Shown here: positions 10,585 to 22,180 of the stretch, piece by piece
Layout of the letters: the number at the start of each line of letters is the position of its first letter
How positions within the stretch are numbered: the stretch's first letter is position 1
NCBI RefSeq assembly: GCF_006345805.1
Contig: NW_021836057.1
Span: forward strand, 1 to 25,077
DNA length: 25,077 bases
Source: Octopus sinensis
Taxonomy: Eukaryota
Reading direction: 5' to 3'
Program-made: the position numbers and the translations under genes
The notes under the pieces: generated by a model
The model's input: only the letters and a program-made list of their open reading frames with translations
What the model was told of the DNA's origin: nothing
The model's database searches: none

Positions 10585-11177
10585 TTATTATCTCCGTCTC
10601 AGCGAAGGCGGAGGTATTATTTTCAGTCGTATTTGTTTGTTTGTTTGTCCCTGGACAAGATATCTCAGCAACTACTGAATGGATTCGGATGAAACTTTCA
10701 GGGATGCTTAACCTCGTGACTGGCACGAACTGATTAGATTTTGGCATTGATCCGATACCGGACAAGGATTTCTTCTTTACTACATTTACTTTACTTTATA
10801 TGATTACGATCTTACGTTAACTTTCAAGTCTTTCTCAATTATCTCCCTTTAGGCTGTAGCTATTTTGAAGGGTGAATTTGTTAACTTTGGTTTGTATTCG
10901 ATAAGGATAAACTATTTCTTAGTTACTAATTTTTCTACACCCACCTTCACATTCCATGACCACCACTGTGATCGATCAGGTACCGGACAAGGATGCTGGA
11001 TTATTTTTCCTCTACTTTCTTTAATTGTTGAGAGCAGTCGGGTTCATTTTTAGTATTCTCGTTTGTGAGAACTGTCGAGTTCATTTCAGATATTCTCATT
11101 TTAAAAATCATCTCTGGCTAATCGTTGAGAGGACATTGGTGTTGCCTTAGCGGAGGTTTTTCGATCTCTGAGTGCTC

Positions 11178-11182
<5 letters not shown>
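10585..11182 (+). mobile_element. Non-autonomous Helentron/HINE-like element
   Basis: 5' ttattatctccg with hairpin ctccgtct/aggcggag (10592-10613); (GTTT)n near the 5' end; 3' subterminal ccttagcggagg (11145-11156) complementary to the 5' motif; T-rich flanks; internal repeat of taccggacaaggat. Confidence 0.6.
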
Positions 11183-11256
<74 letters not shown>

Positions 11257-11345
11257 CATCATCATCATCATTATTATTATTATTATTATTATTATATTAT
11301 TATTATTATTATTATTATGATTATTATTATTTCATCATCATTATG

Positions 11346-11377
<32 letters not shown>

Positions 11378-11497
11378 CTTATTATTATTATTATTATTAT
11401 TATTATATTATTATTATTATTATTATCACATTATTATTATTATTATTATATCATTATTATTATTATTATATTATTATTATTATTATTATTATTATTA

Positions 11498-11547
<50 letters not shown>

Positions 11548-11580
11548 TCATACTATAATTATTATTATTATTATTATTAA
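11181..11580. repeat. (TAT)n microsatellite
   Basis: Direct reading of the sequence. Confidence 0.97.
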
Positions 11581-11585
11581 TATTT

Positions 11586-11822
11586 TATTCTTTTACATGT
11601 ATCATTGATTTTGACTGCGGTCATGCTGGAGCACCGTGTTAAAGGGTTTTTAAAACAAGAAATTAACACCATGACTTTTTTTTTATTTTTTTAAGTCTAG
11701 TTTCTTTTGCCGAACCGCTATGTAAACGGAAACGTAAATATACCAACATCGGTTGTCAAGTGGTGATGGTAGTGGTGGTATGGGGGATGGGGGACAAACA
11801 CAGACACAAACACTACAAATAT
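11586..11822 (-). mobile_element. SINE family A, 3' half (diverged)
   Basis: Reverse complement of the family A tail (ttgactgcggtcatgctggagcaccg...ttttgccgaaccgct...ggacaaacacagacac). Confidence 0.82.
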
Positions 11823-11827
11823 ATATA

Positions 11828-12212
11828 GGCGCAGGAGTGGCTGTGTGGTAAGAAGCTTGCACACAAACCACATGATTCAGGGTTCAGTCCCACTGCGGAG
11901 CACCTTGGGCAAGTGTCTTCTACTATAGCCTCGGGCCGACCAAAGCCTCGTGAGTGGATTTGGTAGACGGAAACTGAAAGGAGCCCTTCGTATATACATA
12001 TGTGTGTGTGTATGTGTATATGTTTGTGTGGCTGTTTGTCTCCTCAACTTCGCTTGACAATTGATGCTGGTGTGTTTACGACACCGTAAACCCAGCGCTT
12101 CGGCAAATCAGACCGATAGAATAAATAATAAGCTTACAAGGAATAAGATCTGGGGTCGATTTGCTCGACTAAAGTCAGTGCTCCAGCATGGCCACAGTCA
12201 AGTGGCTGAAAA

Positions 12213-12215
<3 letters not shown>
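11828..12215 (+). mobile_element. SINE family A, full length
   Basis: ggcgcaggagtggctgtgtggtaag...ctccagcatggccacagtcaa...aaagaat. Confidence 0.9.
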
Positions 12216-12262
<47 letters not shown>

Positions 12263-12320
12263 TGTGTGTATGTATATATGTCTGTATGTGTGTATTTATG
12301 TATGTATGTATGTATATATA

Positions 12321-12715
12321 TATACGACGGCTTCTCTCAGTTTCCGTCTACCAAATCCACTCACAAGACGTTGGCTGACCTGAGGCTATAGTAGAAGACA
12401 CTTGCCTAAGTTTCCACGCAGTGGGACTGAACCCGGAACCATGTGGTTGGAAAGCAAGCTTCTTATTTCTTTATTGCCCACAGGGGGCTAAACACAGAGG
12501 GGACAAAGAAGGACAGACAAACGGATTAAGTCGATTATATCGACCCCAGTGCGTAACTGGTACTTATTTAATCGACCCCCCGAAAGGATGAAAGGCAAAG
12601 TCGACCTCTGCGGAATTTGAACTCAGGACGTAGCGGCAGACGAAATACCAGTAAGCATATCGCCCGGCGTGCTAACGTTTCTGCTAGCTCGCCGCAAACA
12701 TCTTATCACACAGCC
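12321..12715 (-). mobile_element. SINE family A, 5' half, interrupted by a family B insertion
   Basis: The reverse-complement head is continuous up to aagcaagcttctta (12465) and resumes as tcttatcacacagcc (12701-12715). Confidence 0.82.
12464..12695 (-). mobile_element. SINE family B (CORE-like), full length with tRNA-like head
   Basis: The minus strand reads gcggcgagctagcagaaacgttagcacgccgggcg...gagttcaaattccgc...gggcaataaagaaata. Confidence 0.9.
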
Positions 12716-12761
12716 GAGCTTGCGCAAGTTATAAATATCTTTTACTCAAACTTTGTCTCTT

Positions 12762-12823
<62 letters not shown>

Positions 12824-12852
12824 ATCTCCCTCTCTCTTTCTCTTTCTTTTTC

Positions 12853-13264
12853 TCTCTTTTACTTGTTTCAGTCATTTGACTGCGGCCATGCTGGAGCACC
12901 GCCTTTAGTCGAGCAAATCAACTCCAGGACTTATTCTTTTGTAAGCCCAGTACTTATTCTATCGGTCCCTTTTGCCGAATCGCTAGGTTACGGGGACGTA
13001 AACACACCAGCATCGGTTGTCAAGCAATGCTAGGGGGACAAACACAGACACACTAACACATACACACACACACACATATATATATATATACATATATACG
13101 ACGGGCTTCTTTCAGTTTCCGTCTACCAAATCCACTCACAAGGCATTGGTCGGCCCGAGGCTATAGTAGAAGACACTTGACCAAGATGCCACGCAGTGGG
13201 ACTGAACCCGGAATCATGTGGTTGGTTAGCAAGCTACTTACCACACAACCACTCCTACGCCTAT
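12853..13264 (-). mobile_element. SINE family A, full length; its tail extends into (CT)n at 12770-12850
   Basis: Reverse complement of 5972-6391. Confidence 0.92.
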
Positions 13265-13489
13265 ACTTTAAACAATTTCGGTAAGCGGAAACTGTAAAGA
13301 ATCCCATAGGGTGGATTGCATCAGTAATAGATCCGGTACAGCCAGGCCATACACTGTCAGTTTTAGAATTACATTCATGATACGGCAAACTTGGAAAATA
13401 CTCAGCCATTGGCAAACAAATACGTTGTATTTAGTTATGGTTGTGAACACTCCTCGTCGCAAACAGATGGAGGTCCTTTTTCATTTATG

Positions 13490-15295
13490 TGCATGTGTAC
13501 ATACGTGTGCCTACGTGTGTGAATGCGTGTGCGTTTGAGTGTCTGTGCGATGCGTGTGTTCATGTACGCTTGTATTTGTGTGTGTGTGTGTTTGTCAGTA
13601 TATTTATGTGTATGTGTCTATGTGTGTGTATATATTTATTTGTGTGTGTTTTTGTGCGTTTCTGTGTGTGTATGTATGTGTGTGCGTGTGTTCCCGTGTG
13701 TATGTGTCTATGTGTGTGTTGTGTGTCGCTGTCACTCTATGTGTGTATATACATCGGATTTTGTTTGCTTATTTCTGTGTGTGTGTGTGTGTGTGCACCA
13801 GAGCCTGTATATGTATGTCTAGATATGTATGTGTCCTTGTGAACACTATGTATGTATATGAATGTATATGTCTGTATATGTGCGTGTGCGCTGTGTGTGT
13901 TTTGCGTATGTGTGTGTATGTATGTATGTACGTATGTATGTATGTATGTATGTATGCATGTATGTATGTATGTATGTATGTATGTATGTATGCATGTATG
14001 TATGTATGTATGCATGTATGCATGTATGTATGCATGTATGTATGTATGTATGTATGTATTATGTATGTATGTATGTATGTATGTATGTATGTATGCATGT
14101 ATGTATGTATGTATGTATGTATGTATGCATGTATGTATGTATGTATGTATGTATGCATGTATGTATGTATGTATGTATGTATGCATGTATGTATGCATGT
14201 ATGTATGTATGTATGTATGTATGCATGTATGTATGTATGTATGTATGTATGTATGTATGTATGTATGTATGCATGTATGTATGTATGTATGTATGTATGT
14301 ATGTATGTATGTATGCATGTATGTATGTATGCATGTATGTATGTACGTATGTACGTATGTATGTATGTATTATGTATATATGTATGTATGTAAGTATGTA
14401 TGTATGTATGTATGTATGTACGTACGTACGTATGTATGTATGTATATATGTAGATAGGTATGTATGTATATATGCATGTATGTACGTATGTATGTATGTA
14501 TGTATGTAGATAGGTATGTATGTATATATGCATGTATGTATGTATGTACGTATATATATGTATGCATTTATGTATGTATATATGTATGCATGTATGTATG
14601 GAAGTGTGTGCATATGTGTGTGCGTGGTCTGTGTGTGTGTTTGTGTGTGCGTGTGCATAGAATCCTGTATCTCTTTGTTTAAGTATGTATGAGCGTGTGC
14701 CAATGTATGAGAATCTTTCTCTGTACGCGTGCGCTGTGTTCGCGTATGTGTCTGTGTGTGCCGTGTGTGAGTGCGTGTTTTCCGTGTGTGTGTGTGTGTG
14801 TGCCTTGTCTGTGTGTGTGTGTGTGTCGTGTGCGTGTGTGTACCGTGTGCATGTGTGCCGTGAGTATTTGTGTGTACGTGAGTGTGTGTGTATATGCCGT
14901 GTGTGAGTGTGTGTGTGTGTGCCGTGTGCGTGTGTGTGTGTGCCGCCCGTGTGTACGTAAGTGTGTGTGTGTGGTTGTGTGCGTCTGTGCGTGCGAGTGT
15001 TGTGTGTGTTTGCCGTGTGCGGTGTGTGTGTGTGCCGTGTGTGTGGGTGTAAGTGTGTGTGTGTGTGTGTATGTGTGTCGTGTGCGTGCGTGCGTGTGTG
15101 TGTGTGCCGTGTGCGTGTGTGTGTGCCGTGTGTGTACTGTGTGTGTGTACGTACGTAAGTGTGTGTGTGTGTGTGTGCCGTGTGTGTACGTACGTAAGTG
15201 TGTGAGTGTGTGTGTTCTGTGTGTGTATGTGTGCCGTGAGTCTGTGTACGTGTGTGTGTGAGTGTACGTAGATGTGTGTGTGTGTGTGTGTGTGG
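13490..15295. repeat. Degenerate (GT)n flanking a ~700-bp (TATG)n array with TGCA/TACG variants
   Basis: Direct reading of the sequence. Confidence 0.95.
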
Positions 15296-15404
15296 ATGAG
15301 TTGACGAATGTTTTGTCTTGTCTTCGCTGCTATCTTCTTAACGCTTCTTTGTATCTAAATCGGCCCCTCGGGCTGTTTAAGGCTCCAGAATCGCCGCCAC
15401 AAAA

Positions 15405-16345
15405 CCACCACCACCACCACCACATCCACCACCACCACTACAACCACTACCACCACCGCTACTACTACTACTACTATCGCCAGAAACCTTCTCCGCAATC
15501 TTCTGTGTCTTCTGGTTTTTCCTTTCTTTCCCTCTCTTCCATTCACCTCCTTCTTACCCCCCTCCTCCTCCTCCTCCTCATCCCCTCCTCTGCTACTCCT
15601 GCTCTTTTCTCTGTCTCTCTCTTTCTCTCCACTATTTCTCATTCTTTTTAGGATTGGTTTCGGTTGTTGTTGTTGTTACTATTGTTGTTGTTTTGTGGTT
15701 TTCAATTTTTCGCTCTCCATCTCATCCTTCTTCCTCGCCTTCTGTTGGCTGTTGTTGTTATTGTTGTTGTTGTTGTTCTTCTTCTTCTTTTCCTTTTTCT
15801 TCCTCTTATTTTCCTTCTGTTCCCTTCTACATCTTCCTTCACTCCTTCTATATCGTTTTCTCCTTCTTTCTCTTCTTCATTCATCATCATCATCATCATC
15901 ATCATTTTCTTCGTTTTCTTTTCCCTTCTCCTTTTTCCTTCACTCCTCCTTCTTCTTCTTCTTCTTCTTCTTTTTCTTCTTCTTCTTCTTCTTTTCTTCT
16001 TCTACTTCTTCTTCTCCCTCTTTTCCCTTCACTTCTTCATCTGTTTCTTCCTCATCATCATCATCTACTTCTTCTTCTTCTCCTCCTTCTCCTCCTTCTC
16101 CTTTTCCCTTCTTTTTCCTTCACTTCTTCATCTTTTTCTTCTTCTCCTCCTCCTTTTCTCTTCTCCTATTTCCTTCACTTTTCAATTTTTTCTTTTTCTT
16201 CTTCATCTTCTTCTTCTACTCCTCCCCCTTCCTCCCTCATTCTTCGTCTCCGTCTTTCTGTTCTTTTCCCCCATTCCCTTCTCCTTTTCCTCCTTCTGCC
16301 CCTCTCCTCTGTTCCTCCCACCATATCGTCTGCTTTTCTAACAAC
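15405..16345. repeat. (CAC)/(TAC), (TTG) and long (TCT/TCC) polypyrimidine low-complexity tract
   Basis: Direct reading of the sequence. Confidence 0.9.
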
Positions 16346-16454
16346 GACGATCGTCTGCTACTTTGAAAGCTGCTTGTGTTGACGTGTGCGTATGTTTGTG
16401 TGTGTACGTGAGTGTGTGTTGCTGCATGTGTGTGTTGATATGTGTGTGTGTGTG

Positions 16455-16646
16455 TGGCCATGCTGGAGCACCGCCTTTAGTCGAGCAAATCGACCCCGGG
16501 ACTTATTCTTTGTAAGCCCAGTACTTATTCTATCCTTCTCTTTTGCCGAACCGCTAATTTACGGGGACGTAAACATACCAGCATCGGTTATCAAGCGATG
16601 TTGGGGGGACAAACACAAAAACACAAACACACACACACACATATAT
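16455..16646 (-). mobile_element. SINE family A, internal 3' fragment
   Basis: ggccatgctggagcaccgcctttagtcgagcaaatcgacccc...gggacaaacac. Confidence 0.88.
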
Positions 16647-16671
16647 ACCACACATATATACAGAGAGATAG

Positions 16672-16786
16672 GCAGACAGACAGACGGAAGGACGGACGGA
16701 CGGACAGACAGCCAGACAGCTAGATAGATAGATAGATAGTAATAGATAGATAGATAGATGATAGATAGATAGTAGATAGATAGATC

Positions 16787-16821
<35 letters not shown>

Positions 16822-16828
16822 TAGATAG

Positions 16829-16889
<61 letters not shown>

Positions 16890-17071
16890 TAGATATAGAT
16901 AGATAGATAGATAGATTAGAGATAGATAGATAGATAGATAGATAGAGATAGATAGATAGATAGATAGATAGATAAGTAGATAGATAGATAGATTAGATAG
17001 ATAGATAGATAGATTAGATAGGTAGATACATAGATAGATAGATAGATAGATAGATATACACATACATAAAC

Positions 17072-17109
<38 letters not shown>

Positions 17110-17140
17110 GAGAGAGCGAGAGAAGAGAGAGAGAGAGAGA
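16672..17140. repeat. (GACA/GACG), (GATA)n, (TA)n, (GA)n compound microsatellite
   Basis: Direct reading of the sequence. Confidence 0.95.
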
Positions 17141-17404
17141 GACGCCGCTTGTATATATATATAATATATGTATTAAAGAAGGAATTTTTATTCTCTGATA
17201 CAGGATAATGCTAATAATATAACATGAACAAACTATCATTTTTTTTTTTCAGAAAAATGTGTCGGTGGCAAAATATGGATATTTTATCCTGTCTATGCAA
17301 TATTATTATCATCGTCATTATCCGGCTTTTGAGAATAAAAAGATACTTCCTTAACTTTGTAGATAGCTTGGTGCTTCTAAAAACAAAAGTACCAGCACGA
17401 TAAA

Positions 17405-17811
17405 GTGATGGTATTTTGTCAAGAAAGGGAAGAATGCTACTGCTATTTAGCCCTAGGTAACAACGTTTCCTATTGGTCATGACACATTTTCTGTGTCCCT
17501 ATGTTTACAAAAGGGGAGATATTGTCGAAATCAGTGAATGTATTTCACTCGAAATATATATGTTTTCAAAGGTGAATGAGCATCGACAGTTAGCAAGCCA
17601 TGCAACTCCAGACTGATGACGAGCAATGACTCAGAAACTAGTCTCTGGATGCTGGCTTTGCTGGGTGGAAATACTTATCTCCTTCTTTGAAAACATAAAG
17701 ACACAGGGGATGTGATGTGGACAACAGGAAACGGTATTTCCTAGGGCTAAATAGCAGTAGCATTCCTCCCTTTCATGGGACTGTCACATTAAGTTGACAA
17801 AATATCATTAC
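17405..17811. mobile_element. Fold-back element with long imperfect terminal inverted repeats and an internal hammerhead motif
   Basis: 17423-17520 is the ungapped reverse complement of 17677-17774 (79/98 by manual count). 17405-17422 pairs with 17794-17811 (16/18). Confidence 0.85.
17607..17649 (+). ncRNA. Minimal type I hammerhead ribozyme motif with palindromic stem III
   Basis: Stem I TCCAGA/TCTGGA (perfect 6 bp); CTGATGA 17613-17619; stem II GAG(C)..(G)aCTC flanked by C17620.A17633; GAAA 17634-17637; ACTAGT palindrome; GUC cleavage triplet 17641-17643. Confidence 0.72.
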
Positions 17812-17937
17812 TATATATATATATATATCAGACCTGCACATATCGTCAGGCACTAAGGGACATGCCCAACTGGTTATGGTCAAACAACTGACGAGAAAAT
17901 CTATGGTATTGAGCAGACTATTTGTTGTAGCTCATAT

Positions 17938-18046
<109 letters not shown>

Positions 18047-18064
18047 CATTGTTATTATTTTGCT

Positions 18065-18178
18065 CTTCGATGGAATGAGAATCGAAGTTGACTTCGTAAG
18101 GGTTCGAACTCAGTGCGCAGAGAATCGGAATAGATAACTGGTGGTATTCCAGTCAATGCCGTAACCACTCTGCCACTC
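18065..18178 (-). mobile_element. Highly decayed family B-like SINE head/CORE
   Basis: The minus strand reads tggcagagtggttacggc...ctgagttcgaaccc...gaagtcaacttcg, with A-box-like and B-box-like motifs. Confidence 0.55.
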
Positions 18179-18229
18179 CATCGCCACCATCCTCGTTGCT
18201 GTCGTCGTCATGTTGATGATGAGGATGTT

Positions 18230-18263
18230 CATCCTCATCACCACCACCATCATCATCATCACC

Positions 18264-18316
<53 letters not shown>

Positions 18317-18349
18317 CGTCATCATCATCATCATCAGCATCATCATCAC

Positions 18350-18403
<54 letters not shown>

Positions 18404-18437
18404 CGTCATCATCATCATCAGCAGCATCATCATCACC

Positions 18438-18490
<53 letters not shown>

Positions 18491-18532
18491 CGTCATCATC
18501 ATCATCATCAGCATCATCACCATCATCGTCAT

Positions 18533-18576
<44 letters not shown>

Positions 18577-19045
18577 CCACCACCATCATCATCATCATCA
18601 TCAACATCGTCATCACCACCACCACCACCACCACCACCACCACCACCGTCATCATGGTCATCATCATCATCGTCATCATCATCATCACCACTACCACCAC
18701 CACCTTCATCATCATCGTCATCATCATCATCGTCGTCATCATCCTCATCATCATCATTAATCATCATCATCATCATTCATCTTCATCGTCATCATCATCA
18801 TCATCGCAATCACCATCGTCATCATCGTGATCATAATGAATTGTCTTTCGACATCGCCCTTACCGTCGTCATCATCCTCGTCAGCATTATTATCGTTATC
18901 GTTATTGTCAGCGTCATCATAACCATCATTTACTTCGTCGTCGTCGTCATCGCCTTGGCTTTATCATCAGCAGAGCCATCATCCTCATCAACACTAATAG
19001 CACCTAACACCATCATCATCATCATCACCATCATCATCATCGTCC

Positions 19046-19108
<63 letters not shown>

Positions 19109-19440
19109 CATCACCATCTAACCATTATCCCATGCATCATCATCATAACAATTATATCTCATCATCAATCACCATCATCATCATAACCATTATCATTATC
19201 ATCATCAACATCACCATCATCATCATAACCATTATCATTATCATCATCAACATCACCATCATCATCATAACCATTATCATCATCGCCATCATCATCACCA
19301 TCACCATCATCATCATCATCATCGCCATCATCATCACCATCACCATCATCATCATAACCATCATCATTATAATCACCATCATCATCATCATCATCATCAC
19401 CATCATCATCATAACCATCATCACCATCATCGTTATCAAC
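18230..19440. repeat. Degenerate (CAT)n/(CAC)n microsatellite
   Basis: Direct reading of the sequence. Confidence 0.95.
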
Positions 19441-19479
19441 ACTACCAAGCCCACTACGTCAATCACTACCATCAGTAGC

Positions 19480-22180
19480 AGCGGCAGCAGCAGCACAACT
19501 ACCATCCACCATCGTTATCATCATCATCATCATTACCAACGTAACCATTACACCTCGCCGCCAACACCTACAATAACAACAGTACCACAACACCCCACCA
19601 CCACCATACACCGCCACCACCACCCTACTACCATCCACCACCACCATCACCACCACCACTATCATACTGCTATCACCGACGCCGCCATCATACGCCACTA
19701 CTACCACCCACACCACCAACACACACCACCACCACAACCACACCACCACCACACACACCACCATCACACCACCCCACCACCACACCACCACCATCACCAC
19801 CACCACCACCACCACCACCATACACACCACCACACCACCACCACCACCACCACCACCACCATCACCACCACCACCACCACCACCACCACCACCATCACCA
19901 CCACCACCACACACCACCACCACCACCACCACCACCAACCATCACCACCACCACCACCACCACCACCACCCCTACTACCATCACCACCACCACCACTACT
20001 ACCATCACCCACCACCACCACCACCACCACTATCACACTGCTATCACCGACCACGCCATCATCGCCACTACTACCCCCACCACCCCACCATCACCCCACC
20101 CACCACCACCACCACACACCACCACCCCCACCATCACCACCACCACCACCACCCACCACACTACTACCATCCCACCACCACCACACCACCACTATCATAC
20201 TGCTATCACCGACGCCGCCATCATCGCCCCACTACTCCCCACCACCACCACCCCATCACCACCACCACCACCACCACCACCACCACCACCACCACCACCA
20301 CCACCACCACAACCACCACCACACCACCACCACCACACCACCACCACCATCACCACCACCATCACCACCACACCACCACCACCACCACCACTACTACCAT
20401 CACCACCACACCACTACTACCATCACCACCACCACCACCACACCACTATCACTACTGCTATCACCGACGCCGCCATCATCGCCACTACTACCACCACCAC
20501 CACCACCACCATCACCACCACCACCACCACCACCACCACCCACCACCACCACCACCACCACCACCACCACCACCACCACCACCACCACCACCACCACCAC
20601 CACTACTACATCACCACCACCACCACTACTACCATCACCACCACCACCACCACCACCACTATCACTACTGCTATCACCGACGCCGCCATCATCGCCACTA
20701 CTACCACCACCACCACCATCACCACCACCACCACCACCACCACCACCATCACCACCACCATCACCACCACCCCACCACCACCACCACCACTACTACCATC
20801 ACCACCACCACCACTACACCATCACCACCACCACCACCACCACCACTATCACTACTGCATCACCACCGCCGCCCTCATCGCCACTACTACCACCACCACC
20901 ACCACCATCACCACCCCACCACCCACCACCCCCAGACCACCATCACCACCACCATCACCACCACCACCACCACCACCACCACCACTACTACCATCACCAC
21001 CACCACCACTACTACCATCCCACCACCACCACCACCACACTATCACTACTGCTATCACCGACGCCGCCATCATCGCCACTACTACCACCACCCACCACCA
21101 CCATCACCATCACCACCACCACCACCACCACCATCACCACCACCATCACACCAACACCACCACCACCACCACCAACTACTACAATCACCACCACCACCAC
21201 CACACCACTACTGCTATCACCGACGCCACATCATCGCCCACACTACCACCACCACCACCACCACCATCACCACCACCACCACCACCACCACCACCACTAT
21301 ACCACACCACCACCACCACTATCATACTACTATCACCGACGCCGCCATCATCGCCACTACTACCACCACCACCACCACCACCATCACACCACCACCACCA
21401 CCACCACCACCACACCACAACTACTACCATCCCACACCACCACCACCACCACTATCCACTACTGCTATCACCGGACGCCGCCATCATCGCCACTACTACC
21501 ACCCAACACCACCACCATCACCACCACCACCCCACCACCACCACCATCACCACCACCATCACCACACCACCACCACCACCACCACCATACACCATCCCAC
21601 CCACCACCACCACCACCACTATCACTACTGCTATCACGACGCCGCCATCATCGCCACTACTACCACCACCACCACCACCACCATCACCACCACCACCACA
21701 CCACCACCACCTCACCACCACCCCACCACCACCACCCCACCACACCACTACTACCATCACCACCACCACCACCACCACCACTCTCACTACTGCCTATCAC
21801 CGACGCCGCCATCATCGCCACTACTACCACCACCACCACCACCATCACCACCACCACCAACCACCACACCACATACACCACCAACCATCACCACCACACC
21901 ACCACCCAACCACCATACTACCATCACACCACCACCACCACCACCACTAATCACTACTGCTATCACCGACGCCGCCATCATCGCCACTACTACCACCACC
22001 CCACCACACCACCACCATCACCACCACCACCACCACCACCATCACCACCACCACCACCACCACCACCACCACCACCAATACTACCATCACCACCACACCA
22101 CCAACACCCACTATCACTACTGCTATCACCGACGCCGCCATCATCGCCACTACCACCACAACTATCACCACCACCAGGCA
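19480..22180. repeat. (CAC)n-based minisatellite with 14 copies of a ~40-bp motif
   Basis: actatcactactgctatcaccgacgccgccatcatcgccacta recurs near 19678, 20058, 20211, 20466, 20679, 20866, 21060, 21222, 21338, 21474, 21638, 21802, 21968 and 22131. Confidence 0.9.

Noticed and set aside
13268-13462. Minus-strand 64-aa ORF containing GLAVPDLLL, reminiscent of the class A GPCR TM2 LAxxD motif
   Set aside because: A single short motif with no convincing TM1 GN motif, no downstream helices and no clear splice context. A profile search would be needed, and chance is more likely.
13539-14703. Several 190-284-aa ORFs on both strands
   Set aside because: They are translations of the (TATG)n/(GT)n array.
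17888-17900. CTGACGA directly followed by GAAAA
   Set aside because: There is no room for stem II and no matching stems I and III.
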